Notes under the pieces: model-generated
Databases searched by the model: none
Told to the model about the DNA's origin: nothing
What the model saw: the letters and a program-made list of their open reading frames with translations, nothing else
Translations under genes and position numbers: made by a program
NCBI RefSeq assembly: GCF_001194135.2
Contig: NC_068993.1
Location: forward strand, 25,213,067 to 25,263,854
Length of the DNA stretch: 50,788 nt
Source: Octopus bimaculoides
Taxonomy: Eukaryota
Direction of reading: 5' to 3'
Shown: piece after piece, positions 48,564 through 50,788 of the stretch
Position numbering within the stretch: the first letter of the stretch is position 1
How the letters are laid out: each line of letters opens with the position of its first letter

Positions 48564-49164
48564 CATTACTTATGAAGAGGTAGTGCTAAGCAGTGATGTG
48601 TATAAATACAAGCTTATTACCAGTACAAATATACTTGGGGTATATTCAAACCTGTAAGAAAGCCAGTCTAAGTAAGTGGTGCTGTGAGCTGATTTTGGTA
48701 TATTTATACCATTTGTCTACAGCAAGAATTTTCTCTATGACAAAATACAGTGAATGGCTTTCTTATGGGTTCCAATATCCCCCAACCATTTTTGAACTGG
48801 AAATAACCTTGTATAAGCATTAATATGTGTATATGTATTGATATGATAAACATGAACATGCTAGTGCACCCTCCTCAAATCATCTGACACCTTCCTTGGA
48901 TTTAAGTCTAATATGTATCATATTATATGAAGGGACCACTACACAGTCAAATAAACTCATTATAGATGTTTTGCTCCTTTTTTATCAAGCATATATACAC
49001 TATCTTTTATGTATCCCCCAACTACATATATTCTAAGTTTATAACACAGGCAACTGATGAGGAAAAAAGAATGTTTATTGTAAAACTGCAGCCAAATTTG
49101 GTCATTGGGAAAATATTCCATTCACACTGAACTATTGAAAATCATCCTTCATGAGTGTGTATGT

Positions 49165-49221
<57 letters not shown>

Positions 49222-50469
49222 ATTAGCAACAAAAGCAGTAGAAATAGTGAATGACAATTTTTATATCCTACTTAATGTGGATGTATTGGTAGAACACCAT
49301 AATACTGCAGTATTTGCCTTGATAAACCTTCTCATCTTGACATTTAAAACTTCTTAGCACTAAACATTTATATGAGATTTCTCAAGATGAACACTTCTGT
49401 ATTATGGCATTCTAACTGTACATCCATGTTAAGTAGGGTACATACATACACACACAGAAAGACAAATGGATGCTTCCATGTATCTATTTACCTCATTTAT
49501 AATCTTGCTTTCTCATGTAAAATATTATTTTCTTTTAACCAATGAAACTCTAATATAACTTTGTAAATTTCCACTCCTTCCCTTCAGCAGATTTTTCTTC
49601 TTCAAAATTTTAGAGTTTGTCAGTTCTTCATTTCTAACAAGGGATAAATAAATGAGTATTGGTATGAATTGAACTCAAACCACTTAATTTCTACCACCAA
49701 CAGCAACCACCCACATGTCCTATATGACATTAAATCAAGGAGTTTGAGGTAGATTATGAGAGCAGTTTGCTAGAGATAAAAAAAAGTAATACCAGAAACA
49801 GGATAGCAGTGGTGTGCATGCAGTAATGGAACAGTTCACTTCAGATTAAAATAAGATAATTGGACCATCCTTTCATTATTGATTGCAACCATTCCGGGGT
49901 TTTAGTTGATTATATTGACCCTAGTAATTTGTCAAGTACTTGTTTTATTGTTCTCGTCAGAAACAAGAGCCAAGTCATTCTTCTCATCAACCGACTTGTT
50001 CACCACATACACTAATATAAACATATATATGCATGTGTATATATTTACACATATATGATGAGTTTCCGTGTACACAGTGATGCTTGAAAACTTTCCCTGA
50101 ATCCCATTGTGGAACTGAACATGGAACCATGTGGTTGTAAAGCAACTTTCTTAACCATGTGGTTATAACTACACACACAATTTTTTTTTAGAGTACACTA
50201 TGTTCATAAATAGTGTCAAAATGACAAAAGAGATAAACATATACATGTCCATAGGCATAGAAACAAAATTATTTAAAGATTTTTAAATACTTATAGATTT
50301 GTGCTCTAGCTAAGAAATTATTTTTTTATCCTGTTTACATTGTGGTTTATAAAATGGACAAGTCTATCTGAGACTTAGCTTTTGTTTGTTCTTTTTACAA
50401 ACTAGCCATGTTACTGTTTAACCCTAGGTCAGCTCTGCTGGAAAGGTAATTCCAGCTACGATCACCTTA

Positions 50470-50680
50470 TCTTTTATCTTTTACTTGTCTCAGTCATTTT
50501 ACTGTGGCCATGCTGGGACACCACCTTGAAGGATTTTTAGTCAAACAAATTGACCACAGAACTTATTCTATCATTCCTTTTGTCAAACTGCTAGGTTACA
50601 AGGACTTAAGCACGCATAAAAGCGGTGGTGGGAGACAAACAGATGCAAGGATATGGACACACACACACACATACATACAT
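50470..50680 (-). mobile_element. SINE S1 3' half
   Basis: cttgtctcagtcattttactgtggccatgctgggacaccaccttgaagg. Confidence 0.65.
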
Positions 50681-50685
50681 ACATA

Positions 50686-50727
<42 letters not shown>

Positions 50728-50734
50728 CACACAC

Positions 50735-50775
<41 letters not shown>

Positions 50776-50788
50776 TATGCATATATAT

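Overview
Eukaryotic (metazoan) genomic window: AT-rich, full of (TA/TG)n and (CAT)n microsatellites, with three assembly gaps (19541-19622, 34809-35283, 48227-48330). The repeat families look octopod-cephalopod-like; this is an inference from remembered repeat families, not a search. The backbone is the 3' portion of one + strand P4-ATPase (lipid flippase) gene of the ATP10/class V type. I assembled 15 GT-AG exons (1492-46482; 2307 nt = 768 aa + stop) whose phases all chain correctly; the 5' exons, including DKTGT, lie upstream of the window. The introns hold many mobile elements: a Helitron 3' end, a Helentron/HINE-like element, four different full-length Tc1/mariner elements within 9 kb (one with an open 342-aa transposase, one DD36E), several RTE LINE families (one with a twin-priming-type inversion), an R4/Dong LINE, MITEs and two modular SINE families. 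Best leads: a minimal type-I hammerhead ribozyme with a non-canonical A6U core just downstream of the gene; an Asn->His change with an adjacent Glu in TM6 of the flippase; a DD36E Tc1 element; a templated duplication that creates a long intronic fold-back; and a SINE with an expandable array of ~62-65 bp palindrome-containing units. No prokaryotic-type system (CRISPR, operon) is supported.
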